Part shown: positions 1-10,459 of the stretch, piece after piece
Layout: every line of letters begins with the position of its first letter
Position numbering within the stretch: the stretch's first letter is position 1
Assembly: GCA_035537775.1 (NCBI GenBank)
Contig: DATLLQ010000053.1
Location: forward strand, 19,521-83,520
DNA length: 64,000 bases
Origin: Vicinamibacterales bacterium
GTDB lineage: Bacteria > Acidobacteriota > Vicinamibacteria > Vicinamibacterales > UBA2999
Reading direction: 5' to 3'
Notes under the pieces: model-generated
Told to the model about the DNA's origin: nothing
What the model saw: only the letters and a program-made list of their open reading frames with translations
The model's database searches: none
Program-made: the position numbers and the translations under genes

Positions 1-734
1 GCGTACAGCTCCGCCGGACGGTCGAGCAGGCCGAGCGCAAACGCCACCCATGCTGCCGATGCGAGACACATCAGCGGCAAAAAGCCTTTTCTCAGAGTGC
101 CACGCAGCGCGAATGCGACGCCCAGCCCCGCGGCGAGAAGCGGTCCGCGACTGACGGTCATCGCGAGAATCAGCGCCGACACCACAGCCAGCGACCACGC
201 CGCGCCGCGCACCCACGGACGGCGAACCTCCACACCAAGGGTCGCAAAATACACGCAGCAGAAGCCGAACCAGGCACCGAGGTCGTTCGGGTTCGCGATC
301 GTAATTGCCGTCGCCAGTCCGGTCCGATGCTCCGTTCCGACCGATTGGATGTACGGCAGCGTGGCGACGCCGATGAGAAACATCACGATGGCGGCACGGT
401 GCACGAAACCACGGCGCGTGGCGAGATGCTGGAGCGCTACCACTGCGAGCATCCACGGGATCCAATCGCGCAGGTAGCTGTTGTCGAAGTCGCTGCGGTG
501 GATCGCCATCTGGATCACGACGAACGACAGGCCGCACAGAAGGGGAATCGCGGTCGAACGCACGATGGCAATCGAGTAGCGTCCCATGGAGATCGCGCAT
601 CCGACCGTGACGAGTGCGAGCAACGCGATGCCAACTGAGGGGACCGACAGTCCGATCGCCACACCGATCACGGCGTACACGACCTGGACGTAAAAGGCGA
701 ACTCGAGCCAGGCGGGTGGGTGCACTGCGGACAT
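1..734 (-). CDS. O-antigen ligase/polymerase family membrane protein (Wzy-like); 3' end lies outside the window
   Basis: Hand translation of the minus strand from ATG (plus 732-734) gives MSAVHPPAWLEFAFYVQVVYAVIGVAIGL...ITIANPNDLGAWFGFCCVYF...MTVSRGPLLAAGLG. The frame stays open to the window edge and the protein is polytopic. It is absent from the ORF track because there is no stop in the window. It sits at the distal end of the glycan operon. Confidence 0.55.
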   Translation of the reverse strand, partial: MSAVHPPAWLEFAFYVQVVYAVIGVAIGLSVPSVGIALLALVTVGCAISMGRYSIAIVRSTAIPLLCGLSFVVIQMAIHRSDFDNSYLRDWIPWMLAVVALQHLATRRGFVHRAAIVMFLIGVATLPYIQSVGTEHRTGLATAITIANPNDLGAWFGFCCVYFATLGVEVRRPWVRGAAWSLAVVSALILAMTVSRGPLLAAGLGVAFALRGTLRKGFLPLMCLASAAWVAFALGLLDRPAELY

Positions 735-775
735 CACGAGTGGACGTGGTGGGACGTACGCGGCCGCACCGGATC

Positions 776-1957
776 TCATGCCGCCACACCCAGACGCGTT
801 CGGACGATCTCTTCGAGCCGCTCAGCGCTGCGAGTCCAGCTGTATCGTGCGTGCACGTAGTTGCAGGCTCGCTGGCCGTAGCTCACGAAGGCCGCCGGCG
901 AGTCCGCCAATGCGTTCATTCGCTCACAGAGGGCGCCGTCGGATCCCGGGGGGACGATCCATCCGGCGCCAGTCCCTGAAAGCCTCCGACTGCCCCCTAC
1001 GTCTGTCGCCAGGAACGGCACACCGCACGCCATTCCCTCGAGGACCGCGTTCGACATGGTCTCGTAGCGGCTTGGCATCACCAGCACGTCCATCGCCCGG
1101 TACCAGGGCGGCAGCTGCTCCTGCGCCGTTCGACCCTGCAGGTGCACTGCCCCGCTCGCGATCTGCGGTGACAGCACGGAACGGATGCGACGTTCCTCTT
1201 CTCCGCTTCCGACAATCAGCAGCCGTGCATTCGGCACTCGCCGCGAGAGCTCGGCGAATGCGCCGGCAAGCAGATCAACGCCCTTGATCAATGCGAGGCG
1301 CCCGACGTACCCGAACACGACGTCGCGGTCGGTCCACCCCAGCTGTGAGCGCACCGGCGTGGCCGCCGGCCGGAAGATGTCGACGTCCAGCCCGAGCGGC
1401 AGTTCGATTGCGAGATCGCCAAGCAGCGACCGAAGGCATTCCAGACCGTCATCGTGGCCGCAAACGGCATGGATCCGCCGCAGCAACGGTGCGACGTTCG
1501 CGCCGACGGGTCCGGGCAGCATCAGCAGCGTCGGGCGGTGCGCGGCGGTCGCATGCGCCAGGCCGACGTTACCGTTGACATACACCGCGTCATACGCGCT
1601 CCACCGTCCTTCGAACATGGATTCGATGCGACGCTGGAACCGGCGGTTGTGCCAGGCAATCGTTCGCCAGCTGACCCCTTCCTGAAAGCGCTCCCACGCC
1701 GGCGCGACAACGGCGGGAAGACGCCGTCCGATGGCGGACAACGCAGGCTGTCCCGGCTTGCGCGACCAGCGGCCCGGAACCGGGAGACGTTCGAAGCAGT
1801 CAGGCAACGACCTCGGATAGCCTCCGGACGGGTCGGCCACGAACGCTGCGGTCACACGGTGCCCCCGCCGGGCAAAGGCGGTGAAGAGGCTGGTCGTGAA
1901 CGTTTCGCCGCCTCCCCAGAGCACGCCCAGCTCCGAATGCAGAACGAGGATCTTCAT
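776..1957 (-). CDS. Glycosyltransferase family 4 (GT-B fold)
   Basis: From ORF 776..2035, with the start moved to MKILVLHSELGVLWGGGETF (ATG 1955-1957). The C-terminal VLVMPSRYETMSNAVLEGMACGVPFLATDVGG region is typical of GT4. Confidence 0.85.
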   Translation of the reverse strand: MKILVLHSELGVLWGGGETFTTSLFTAFARRGHRVTAAFVADPSGGYPRSLPDCFERLPVPGRWSRKPGQPALSAIGRRLPAVVAPAWERFQEGVSWRTIAWHNRRFQRRIESMFEGRWSAYDAVYVNGNVGLAHATAAHRPTLLMLPGPVGANVAPLLRRIHAVCGHDDGLECLRSLLGDLAIELPLGLDVDIFRPAATPVRSQLGWTDRDVVFGYVGRLALIKGVDLLAGAFAELSRRVPNARLLIVGSGEEERRIRSVLSPQIASGAVHLQGRTAQEQLPPWYRAMDVLVMPSRYETMSNAVLEGMACGVPFLATDVGGSRRLSGTGAGWIVPPGSDGALCERMNALADSPAAFVSYGQRACNYVHARYSWTRSAERLEEIVRTRLGVAA

Positions 1958-1961
1958 CGCA

Positions 1962-2828
1962 TCAGTGCAGGCGGGGCGCGATCGCGAGGACGTCGCCGAC
2001 CGAGCGCCAGCGGGCGCCCTGTGTCTTTGTCGCACGATCGATCAGCGCCAGCAGGTGGTCGCAGACCGTGGGATCGCCCGGGTGCTCGCTTGGCGCGTCG
2101 AACTCCCAGTAATGCGTGGCGGCGCAGAACACGCCGCCCTGTTCGGATGCGTGGTCCATGGCCGTGCTGGTGGCGGCGAGTTGGGCCAGCGGAGTCACGG
2201 AGGTCCCTGCAATCTCGCAGTGATCGCCCAGGTCGAGCACCCACGGCACCCCGGCGCCTCCACGCCTTCTCCACTGCCGCAGCGACCACCAGAGTCTCCA
2301 GGTCCGCCACGACAGTGGCGGCCAGCCGCCCCGCACACCGGCAGCGCCCGCGAGGTGAAGCCCCGCGCGCGTGACCGCACGTAGACCGCGCCGGCCAATG
2401 GCGTTGTGCGGCGGCACAAACACGCGGACGGTCGTGTCGAGCAGCTCTTCGAGATACCGGCGGCCCTCCACGACCTGTCGATCGAGATCGCCTCCAGCCG
2501 CAAACTCGGGCCGGCCGTGCGGCTCGTCATGGTGATAGCCGTGAAGCATGATTTCGAATGAGCCCGCGGCGACACGGCTGCGCAGGTAGTCGACTAACGG
2601 CCCGTTCTCGTGCAACGGATGCACAGACCAGGTATTCCGCATGTCCGGAGGAACCGCCGTGCTCGAGCCGGCGCGACAGAACGGCACGACCGCCAGCGAC
2701 ACGGGTCCCCGCTTCGTGATCTCGCCATAGGCGCGCTCCAGCTCCTGCGGACGTGTAAAGAAGTTCGTGTCGTCGTCCCGGATGCAGAAGTGCAGTTCAC
2801 GCCGGCGGGCGACGCTCAATCGATCCAC
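1962..2828 (-). CDS. Polysaccharide deacetylase-like protein (DUF2334-like)
   Basis: From ORF 1962..2963. Motifs HFCIRDDDTNFF, MLHGYHHDE and VFVPPHN are present. The likely start is GTG 2826-2828, overlapping the upstream stop. The 5' part of the ORF overlaps the neighbouring gene. Confidence 0.55.
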   Translation of the reverse strand: MDRLSVARRRELHFCIRDDDTNFFTRPQELERAYGEITKRGPVSLAVVPFCRAGSSTAVPPDMRNTWSVHPLHENGPLVDYLRSRVAAGSFEIMLHGYHHDEPHGRPEFAAGGDLDRQVVEGRRYLEELLDTTVRVFVPPHNAIGRRGLRAVTRAGLHLAGAAGVRGGWPPLSWRTWRLWWSLRQWRRRGGAGVPWVLDLGDHCEIAGTSVTPLAQLAATSTAMDHASEQGGVFCAATHYWEFDAPSEHPGDPTVCDHLLALIDRATKTQGARWRSVGDVLAIAPRLH

Positions 2829-4261
2829 CCGGAACGGCCGATCGAGCTCTTCAAGCTGTCGGGAATATCGACGCGGCCGGGAATGAACGGTGTCTGTGGC
2901 GGGCGGCCTTCGATCGCGCGCACGAACGAGTCGACCTGACGGCCCGCCGAATACGATGCGCACGCGGCGCGATCCGGTAGCAGCTCCCCGAGACGATCCT
3001 GCGACCAGGCGCAGAGCAACTGTCTGAACACGGCGACGATCTCGCCGGGGTCGTCGATGCCGGCGATCGTGGGCACGTGCACCGCCCGAAGCACGTTCCG
3101 TGTTTCGTCGTTCGGCAGGATGCCGATGATCGGTTTCGCCGATTTGAGATACGCAAACACCTTGCTGCCGCCGAGTTCGTATCCTCGGAACGGCCGGACG
3201 CCGAGCAGCAGCAGGGCGTGAGCCTCGTCATGCAGCCGGTCAACCTCGTGTGCAGGGACCGGCCCCCGCGTCTGCACCATGTCCGCCAGACCGCGCCGGT
3301 CGACGTCGTCCTGCAGGTCCTGTCCGCCTTCACCGACGAAGGTCAGGCCGAGCCGGGCGGCGTCGGCCGGATAGAGAGCCCGCAGAGTGGACAGCGCGTC
3401 CAGCAGCGTGTCGTAGCGGTATGACGTCAGCGTGCCGGTATAGAGAACGGTGCAGCGATCACCGCGCGGCGCACGGAACGGCTTGACGTCTCCCTCATAG
3501 CCGTTTGGGATCAGGTGAACTCTGGCCGCATCGAGCGCGTGCGGATACGCGCGCCAGTAGCTCTCGGCCTCGCTCTCGTACCGGAAGATGATCGCCCTGG
3601 CGGCGGCCAGGAGTTCAGGCAGCAGCCGTCGATCGCGGCGAGTTGCCCATTGCGGCCGCCACTGCTCGAAATCCTCGTTGCGGGTGAGCGTCCACGAGTC
3701 GCGAAAGTCCAGCACGTACGGCACGCCGGTCCGCCGGGACGCCTCGCGCGCGACAACGAATGACGACCAGGGCCCCCCCGTCGCCAGAATCGCGGCGGCG
3801 CGGTTCGACCGGCACGTCGCGACCGTCGCGGCGATCGCCGGCTCGATCCAGAACCGGGCAGGATCCGGGTAGTACACGTGGCCTTCAAGGGCGCGCACGA
3901 ACCGGCGGACGATCCGGCGAGCGGGTATCTGCTCGATCCGTCGCACTCGTGCGACCGTGGCGGCGTCCGCATTGCGAAGCTGCGCTCGTGTCCGGTCCTC
4001 GCGCCGCGCCTGGATCCGTCCCCAGAGGTCTCCATCCCGCACGCGAACAATTTCCACGTCAGGAGGAACGAGCTTTAGCAACCCGGGGTCCGGCCGTTGG
4101 TGCGTATCCGTGTCGAGCGTGACGACCGAGGGTTGCCAGCCACGTGTTGGAAGCTGCCGGACGAAGCGCAGCGGCCGGTACACCCCGGCGCTTCCATCCG
4201 GAGGGAAGTAGTAGGCGATCATGACTACCGCCTTCGCGGTAGGCGACGCCACGATCTTCAT
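2816..4261 (-). CDS. Glycosyltransferase (GT4-like)
   Basis: From ORF 2816..4564, with the start moved to MKIVASPTAKAVVMIAYYFPPDGSAGVYRPLRF (ATG 4259-4261), which is preceded by GGAGA. The 5' ORF extension is Arg/Cys/Pro-rich and looks non-coding. Confidence 0.75.
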   Translation of the reverse strand: MKIVASPTAKAVVMIAYYFPPDGSAGVYRPLRFVRQLPTRGWQPSVVTLDTDTHQRPDPGLLKLVPPDVEIVRVRDGDLWGRIQARREDRTRAQLRNADAATVARVRRIEQIPARRIVRRFVRALEGHVYYPDPARFWIEPAIAATVATCRSNRAAAILATGGPWSSFVVAREASRRTGVPYVLDFRDSWTLTRNEDFEQWRPQWATRRDRRLLPELLAAARAIIFRYESEAESYWRAYPHALDAARVHLIPNGYEGDVKPFRAPRGDRCTVLYTGTLTSYRYDTLLDALSTLRALYPADAARLGLTFVGEGGQDLQDDVDRRGLADMVQTRGPVPAHEVDRLHDEAHALLLLGVRPFRGYELGGSKVFAYLKSAKPIIGILPNDETRNVLRAVHVPTIAGIDDPGEIVAVFRQLLCAWSQDRLGELLPDRAACASYSAGRQVDSFVRAIEGRPPQTPFIPGRVDIPDSLKSSIGRSGWID

Positions 4262-4283
4262 CTCCTTCCGGCTCTGCACTGAA

Positions 4284-5306
4284 TCAGGCGGCGGCGGGGG
4301 TCGTTTTTCGCCTGAGGACATTGCGTGCCTGCCAGAGGAACTGCACCCAGGGACCGCGCAGGAACGACAGCGCCAGCAGCGCGAACGACAAACGCCAGCG
4401 ATACGAGGACAGAGACGCCCTCGACAGGATGCAGCGGGCGGCAGACGTGATGCTCGCCGCCGCACAACGGCGGGCCTCACGGCGCTCTCCCCGCGCGAGG
4501 ACAACGTAGCCGAGCTGCTGGTAGGTGGGGGCGAGCAGGCCCTCGTACACCGCGGCCGGGGCAAGCGCAGGAAATCGCTGGCGAGCCTTCTGCCAAACCT
4601 GAATGCGCGAGCGCAATGTCAGTTCGGTGCGCATGGAGATATTCGCGCCGTGACTGCGCTTGCACGCCGTCACCTCTGGCAGACACGCCACCGGCACGAC
4701 CGCCGCGAGTCGCAGCCACATGTCCCGGTCCTCGACGTTGGGCAAGCTGATGTCGAAAGGCCCGGACGCCGTCAGGCACGACCGCCGCACCATGACCGTG
4801 CTGGTTGGAATGAAGTTCTCGATCAGCAGCTTGCGAAAGGCGTCCTCGATCGGGACCCGCGTCGCAGCCCCACCACACGTCATCGTCGCCAGAATCGACG
4901 CCTTCTCGACAACGTCTGCTCCGTGTTCCTCGGCATCAGTAAAGAGCAGGCCGACGTCCGGATGTGCGGCCATGAAGTGCAGCTGACGCGCGAGCTTCTG
5001 CGGCCGCCAGAGGTCGTCAGCGTCGAGAAAGCAGACGAATTCGCCCCTCGCCAGCGCGATTCCGGCGTTCCGCGCAGCGGCCACGCCATGATTCGATTGC
5101 CGGACGCTCCGCACCTCGGGAAAGCGTCGGATGACTTCGTCGGTGTCATCCGTCGATCCGTCGTCAACGACGATGATTTCGTGGTCGGTGAATGTCTGCG
5201 CCCTCACGCCGGCGATCGCATCCGCGATGAAGGCAGCAGAGTTGTGGGCAGGGATGATCACGCTCACCACCGGCATGTGGCGCGTGGCGTCCAGGGCGGC
5301 CGGCAT
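4284..5306 (-). CDS. Glycosyltransferase family 2
   Basis: Motifs VSVIIPAHNSAAFIADAI, IIVVDDGSTDDT and FLDADD are present. The ATG directly abuts the upstream stop (5307-5309). An alternative start is M11 at 5276. Confidence 0.85.
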   Translation of the reverse strand: MPAALDATRHMPVVSVIIPAHNSAAFIADAIAGVRAQTFTDHEIIVVDDGSTDDTDEVIRRFPEVRSVRQSNHGVAAARNAGIALARGEFVCFLDADDLWRPQKLARQLHFMAAHPDVGLLFTDAEEHGADVVEKASILATMTCGGAATRVPIEDAFRKLLIENFIPTSTVMVRRSCLTASGPFDISLPNVEDRDMWLRLAAVVPVACLPEVTACKRSHGANISMRTELTLRSRIQVWQKARQRFPALAPAAVYEGLLAPTYQQLGYVVLARGERREARRCAAASITSAARCILSRASLSSYRWRLSFALLALSFLRGPWVQFLWQARNVLRRKTTPAAA

Positions 5307-7355
5307 CTAGCTGGCCACCGACTTGGCGGCTGCTGTCAGAGGTCGGACAGGGTAATCGCCGTCGGAGTCTGGCATCGCGTCGCTGGCGGCGTCGGCGAAG
5401 GCATTGACGTATCCGATGTCCAGCGCGCGCAGGATCTCGTGAATCCGGTCCGTGTCGTCGGTGTGCGCGGCGCTCTCCAGATCGTGGAGGATGTCCGTGA
5501 AATGCGACCAGTCGTGCTTCGGGGCGCTGACGACGAAGATCTTCGAGAACGGGGTCGTGCGGACCCCCCGTTCGCCGTGGGCGATCAGTTCCTCGGTGAT
5601 CTTCTCTCCGGGGCGCAACCCCGTGAATTCGATGTCGACGTCCTGATCGGGAACGAGGCCGGACAGCTCGATGAGGTTTCGCGCCAGATCGACGATGCGC
5701 ACCGGGTCGCCCATGTCGAGCAGGAATATCTCGCCCTGGTCGCCGTGAGTGCCTGCCTGGATGACGAGCTGCGCCGCTTCGGGAATGGTCATGAAGTATC
5801 GGCTGACATCCGGATGCGTCACCGTGATCTTCCTGCCCTGCCGAATCTGCCGCTGGAAGAGCGGCACCACGCTGGCGCGGCTGCCCAGCACGTTGCCGAA
5901 ACGCACGCAGCAGAACCGCGTGGCACTGCCGCCGGCCGCACGCTGCTGCAGGATCATCTCGGCGATACGTTTCGACGCCCCCATCGTGCACGCCGGATTG
6001 ACCGCCTTGTCCGTGGAGATCAACACGAAGGTCTTCACGCCGAACGCCTCTGACAGCTCGGCGACGTGACGCGTGCCCATTACGTTGTTCAGAATCGCTT
6101 CCGCCGGATAGTCCTCCATCAACGGCACGTGCTTGTACGCCGCCGCGTGAAACACGACCTCGGGACGATGGCGCTCGAAGGCCTTGCGCAGGACGCCTGG
6201 ATTGCGGATATCGGCAACGATGGCGACGACCGCGGGGAACTCCTCCCTCGTCTCGCAGGTGATTTCGTAGAGGCTGTTCTCGTCCTTGTCGAGCAGAATC
6301 AGCTGCGCTGGGTTCAGCCGGCTCAATTGACGGACGAGCTCCGAGCCGATCGAGCCGCCGGCGCCTGTGACCAGGACGCGTCGTTCGGCGTAGGCGTCAG
6401 CCAGTCCGATGACGTCTGGGGCCGCCGTGACCGTTGTCCGGCCCAGGAGATCCTCGACGTTCACCGGCCGGAGCTGTCCGATCGCGGAGCGGTCCGCCAG
6501 GATCTCCCAGAGCGTTGGTACGGTTGACGTCTTCAATCCCAGTTGCGCACACCGCGCGGCGATGCGTTGAACCGCCCCGTGGGGCGCGCTGGGCATGCAG
6601 AAGATGACCTCGTCGATGGGCCGATGGCCGGCAATCGATTCAATCGCCAGCGTCGTGCCAAGCACCTGGCAGCCGCCAATCGTTCGACCGATCAGCTCGC
6701 GGTCGTCATCAACGAAGCCGACGATATCGAAGGCGCTCTTGCGCAGCGCGCGCAGCAGATACAGTCCCGCTTCTCCAGCGCCGGCGAGCAGCACACGCGT
6801 TCGAGCGGCCGGCGAAGAACGTGACTGGCGTACCGGCTTCGAATAGCTGTAGACGGCACGCCACGCCAGGCGGACGGCGACCATCGAGATGAATGCCAGA
6901 AACGGAAAGAGCAAGAGGACGCCAAACGGCACCGGCGTGCCGGCGAACATCCCGGGCTCGAACAATCGCCAGACCGCGGAGACGAGAAACACGAGCGCGA
7001 CCGCTCCGAGAGTGGCGAGCGCGTCCTGAACGCCGAAGTACCGCCAGACGCGCCGATACAGTCCGATCGCTCCGTTGACGGCAAGCGACAGCCCGACCGC
7101 GAACGGCAGCAGCTCGACAAACTGCCGGTCGTACGGAACCGGCATCCCGGCGTCAAATCGGAGCAGGTAGGCTGCCGCCAGCGATCCGCCGATCAGCGCA
7201 CCGTCGACGGCGACCTGCGCCGGCCGCCGGTAGGTAATCCCGTTGGCCGTCGCGTACCGGTCGACGGTACGGGCACGCGTGAGCAGATCGCGGCTCAGGA
7301 TGCCCGCGCGAAGTGTGAGAGCGACGGTCGCGCCGCGGATTTGTTGGGCCGTCAT
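5307..7355 (-). CDS. Membrane-anchored nucleotide-sugar 4,6-dehydratase (CapD/PglF/WbpM family)
   Basis: Several N-terminal TM helices are followed by VLVTGAGGSIGSELVRQL (Rossmann fold) and AAYKHVPLME (SDR catalytic region). Confidence 0.9.
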   Translation of the reverse strand: MTAQQIRGATVALTLRAGILSRDLLTRARTVDRYATANGITYRRPAQVAVDGALIGGSLAAAYLLRFDAGMPVPYDRQFVELLPFAVGLSLAVNGAIGLYRRVWRYFGVQDALATLGAVALVFLVSAVWRLFEPGMFAGTPVPFGVLLLFPFLAFISMVAVRLAWRAVYSYSKPVRQSRSSPAARTRVLLAGAGEAGLYLLRALRKSAFDIVGFVDDDRELIGRTIGGCQVLGTTLAIESIAGHRPIDEVIFCMPSAPHGAVQRIAARCAQLGLKTSTVPTLWEILADRSAIGQLRPVNVEDLLGRTTVTAAPDVIGLADAYAERRVLVTGAGGSIGSELVRQLSRLNPAQLILLDKDENSLYEITCETREEFPAVVAIVADIRNPGVLRKAFERHRPEVVFHAAAYKHVPLMEDYPAEAILNNVMGTRHVAELSEAFGVKTFVLISTDKAVNPACTMGASKRIAEMILQQRAAGGSATRFCCVRFGNVLGSRASVVPLFQRQIRQGRKITVTHPDVSRYFMTIPEAAQLVIQAGTHGDQGEIFLLDMGDPVRIVDLARNLIELSGLVPDQDVDIEFTGLRPGEKITEELIAHGERGVRTTPFSKIFVVSAPKHDWSHFTDILHDLESAAHTDDTDRIHEILRALDIGYVNAFADAASDAMPDSDGDYPVRPLTAAAKSVAS

Positions 7356-7358
7356 AGG

Positions 7359-8309
7359 TTAGGGGATCCGATAGGGAATGGCCGCCATCGAGCCCGGCAG
7401 GCCGGCCAGCAATGTGGCGGCAAACGACTTCGCCCTGCTGCCCGGAACGAAGATGATGTCGTTCTCGCGAACGAGGAAGTCCTCCGCCTTTCCCTTGAGG
7501 ATTTGCGAGAAGTTCACCTTCAGTTCCTGTCGCTTGCCAGCCTCGTCATAACGAAGCAGGACGCTGTCGCTCAGTTTGGCGGTGCGCGCGGCGCCGCCCG
7601 CCCACGCAAAGACCTGTGTCACGCGCACCTCCTTTCGGGGTGGTAGCGGAAACGCCCCCGAGCGGTTGAGCTCGCCGACGATGTACACGAACTGGTCCTC
7701 ACGTTCCCGGATGTGGATGACATCCCCGCCGCGGATGACCGTGTTCAAGCTCAGGTCGCCGCGCTCGAGCAGCTCCGTCAGGTTGACTCGGAGAATCTCG
7801 TCCTCACCGTTCTTCGATGGACGCTGGATCGTGACGTCCTGTCCGGCGTTCGGCTGAAGTCCGCCGGCCATCGAGAGCACGTCGACCAGCCGCAACGGCA
7901 GGGTGATTTGAAACTGCCCGGGGTTTCGAACCGCTCCCAGGACGCTGACCGGCTGCGAGCGATACTCCTTCACGAACACTGAGACCTGCGGGTTCTTGAT
8001 GAAGTCGCCTGCCAGCCGTTTCGTAAGCGTTTCCTCGAGTTGTGCCGCGCTCAGGCCCGACGCCGTCACCGGATCGAGCAAGGGCAGTTTGATCGTGCCC
8101 CCGGCACTGATGCGCACGGTCTGATCGAAGTCGCTCACACCAAACACGCGGATTTCGATGAGGTCGCCCGGACCGAGCCGGTAGTCCGCGTTGCTGGTGG
8201 GCAGCTCCGCCAGCGCCGTGATTCTTGTGTTCCGGTCGGCCTCCTGAGCGCCAGCCGAAAAGCACGACACGATGACGACGACGGCGATCGCTCGGATGGT
8301 CCGTGTCAT
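7359..8309 (-). CDS. Polysaccharide export outer-membrane/periplasmic protein (Wza-like)
   Basis: A signal peptide (MTRTIRAIAVVVIVSCFSAGAQE) and the YRLGPGDLIEIRVFG Poly_export motif are present, followed by SLBB-like repeats. Confidence 0.85.
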   Translation of the reverse strand: MTRTIRAIAVVVIVSCFSAGAQEADRNTRITALAELPTSNADYRLGPGDLIEIRVFGVSDFDQTVRISAGGTIKLPLLDPVTASGLSAAQLEETLTKRLAGDFIKNPQVSVFVKEYRSQPVSVLGAVRNPGQFQITLPLRLVDVLSMAGGLQPNAGQDVTIQRPSKNGEDEILRVNLTELLERGDLSLNTVIRGGDVIHIREREDQFVYIVGELNRSGAFPLPPRKEVRVTQVFAWAGGAARTAKLSDSVLLRYDEAGKRQELKVNFSQILKGKAEDFLVRENDIIFVPGSRAKSFAATLLAGLPGSMAAIPYRIP

Positions 8310-10459
8310 GACGCATGTCCCCCTGACCCGAATCGCGGCACGACCTCCGAGCTGACGTACTCCGTTGAATAGAAGTAGTGCTCGGACGCGTCGAGCTTCA
8401 CGTTGTTGATCACGGCGCCCAGGATCCGCGCCGAGACGCCGTTGAGAACGTTCCTCGCCTTGACGGCCGTGCCGGACGGCGTCTTGCTGCTGACGACGAG
8501 CACCACGCCGTCGACCTGGGTGGCGATGATGGCGGCGTCGCTGACCGCAAGCACCGGCGGCCCGTCGATCACCACGAACTCGAAGTGGCGGCGTACGAGT
8601 TCAAGGCCGCTGCGCATCCGCTGTGACCCGATCAGTTCTGGGGGATTTGGCGGCACTGGTCCGGCAGGCACGAGGCACAGGTTCGGCACCAGGGTCGGAC
8701 ACATTTCCGCGCTGAGACGGCTGTTTCCCGACAGATAACGGCTCATCCCGCTCTTTCGCGAGACGTTGAACATGTCCGCGAATTTCGGCTTGCGCATGTC
8801 GAGCTCGATGAGGAGCGTCCGTGCGCCGGTCTGCGCAAGCGAAATCGCCAGGTTGATGGCGGTCGTGCTCTTGCCCTCTCCCGGGAGCGCGGAGGTGACC
8901 AGCAGCGTCTGCGGGCGGTGCTGCGGCGACGAAAAGAGAATCGAGGTTCGAACGCCGCGGTAGCTTTCCCAGTAGACGGCGGCGGACTCACTCGACAACA
9001 GTCGTTCAAGGCTGTCCACCGGGAGGAGATGACCGCCGGTCGCCTCCTGCCACTCGCGCTGGAACGTCGGAACCGCGCCGAGGAACGGCACCTGCAGCTG
9101 GCGTCCAACGTCCTCGGGTGTTTTCACGGACCGATCGAAGAACTCCCGGCCATACGCGGCACCGGCGCCGCACATCAATCCCAGCGTCAGCGCGAACGCC
9201 AGATTCAGCGGCACGTTCGGAAGCGTCGGCAGCGTGGGCACCTCTCCGCGGTCAATGACATGGATGTTCAACGCCTTCAGCCCGACCGAGGCCTCCATTT
9301 CCTTCAATCGCTGTAGGAGTCCTTCATGCATCTGGCGGTCTGTCTCGACTTCGCGTTTCAGCAGGTTGTACTGAATGGAATCCTGCGTGAGCTGATCGGC
9401 AAGCCGGTTCTGATCCGCAATCGCACGCATCAGGCGGGAACGGTGCACCGACGCGATCTGGTACGAGGTGCCCGCCTGCCCGAGAATCCTCTGCTTCTCG
9501 GCCGCGAGCTGCTTGCGGACTTCGTCCAGCTCCTTGGTCGTCGTGTCGAGCTCCGGCCATTTCGGCCCGTACAGCAGATTGGCTCTCGCGAGCTTCTGCT
9601 CGAGCTCGGATCGGCGGGCGTCCAGCGCAATCATCACCGGGCTCTTGAGGGATTCGGGGAAGTTCTCGACCGTCGTACTTCCGAGCGCCCGGTATTGATT
9701 GGCGAGAATCTCGGTGTCGACCTTCGTCAGCTCGGTGTTGAGATCGACGAGCTTCTGATTGATGACGTTGTTGTCTGCCGTCGGGAGCAGGATGTTATGG
9801 GCACGGCCATAGTCGACGAGCCGCTGTTCCGATCCGTGCAGTCGCGCTTCCGCTTTTTCGAGCTCGGCTTCGACGTAATTGCGTGCCCGCGTGGTCGTCT
9901 CGCGCCTGCTGTCGAAGCCGTAGTTCACGTACTCGTCGGCGAGCGTGTTGATGGCCTGTGCGGCGAAGGCCGGATCCTCCGAGCGGAAGCTGACACTGAG
10001 GATCTGCGTTCCCTCGACAGGCTGGACGACGACCCGCGACCTGAACCAGCCGGTGACCGACGTGGTTCTGGCCGGATCCTTGACGAGCTGCAGCCGCTGG
10101 ACGACCCTGACGGCGAGGACCTCGCTCTTCAACACCTGCGCCTGCGTCCGGAGGTACGTCACGTCCGGAGTCGCCACCGCGTGCGCCTCCTTGTATCCGA
10201 GCAGGTTCTGTTCAGGCTCGATCTGCAGGTTGACGCGCGAGCTGTAGATGCGGGGCAGCCACATCGTATAGATCGTCCCGATCACGAAGACGGCGAGCGC
10301 GACAGCCAGCAGCACTCGCTTGTGCTTGAACAGGATCCGCCCATGGCGGGCGACGTCGCGCTGCCTGTCGTCGAGGTAATCGTCAATCCAGATGTCCGAG
10401 ACAGCGGGCTGCCGTGTCGACGGAACCGGCGCCTCGTGGCGTTGAATCAGATTCCCCAC
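8306..10459 (-). CDS. Polysaccharide co-polymerase / BY-type tyrosine autokinase (Wzc/GumC-like)
   Basis: The N-terminal TM helix and long coiled-coil periplasmic region are followed by the P-loop LVTSALPGEGKSTTAINLA and the Tyr-rich tail EHYFYSTEYV. There is an ATGA-type overlap with the Wza-like gene. Confidence 0.9.
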   Translation of the reverse strand: MGNLIQRHEAPVPSTRQPAVSDIWIDDYLDDRQRDVARHGRILFKHKRVLLAVALAVFVIGTIYTMWLPRIYSSRVNLQIEPEQNLLGYKEAHAVATPDVTYLRTQAQVLKSEVLAVRVVQRLQLVKDPARTTSVTGWFRSRVVVQPVEGTQILSVSFRSEDPAFAAQAINTLADEYVNYGFDSRRETTTRARNYVEAELEKAEARLHGSEQRLVDYGRAHNILLPTADNNVINQKLVDLNTELTKVDTEILANQYRALGSTTVENFPESLKSPVMIALDARRSELEQKLARANLLYGPKWPELDTTTKELDEVRKQLAAEKQRILGQAGTSYQIASVHRSRLMRAIADQNRLADQLTQDSIQYNLLKREVETDRQMHEGLLQRLKEMEASVGLKALNIHVIDRGEVPTLPTLPNVPLNLAFALTLGLMCGAGAAYGREFFDRSVKTPEDVGRQLQVPFLGAVPTFQREWQEATGGHLLPVDSLERLLSSESAAVYWESYRGVRTSILFSSPQHRPQTLLVTSALPGEGKSTTAINLAISLAQTGARTLLIELDMRKPKFADMFNVSRKSGMSRYLSGNSRLSAEMCPTLVPNLCLVPAGPVPPNPPELIGSQRMRSGLELVRRHFEFVVIDGPPVLAVSDAAIIATQVDGVVLVVSSKTPSGTAVKARNVLNGVSARILGAVINNVKLDASEHYFYSTEYVSSEVVPRFGSGGHAS

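Noticed and set aside
4221-6053. A 610-aa plus-strand ORF
   Set aside because: It is antisense to the GT2 and CapD-like genes. The translation is Arg/Gly/Pro/Asp-rich with no recognisable motifs. This is the typical shadow ORF of high-GC coding DNA.
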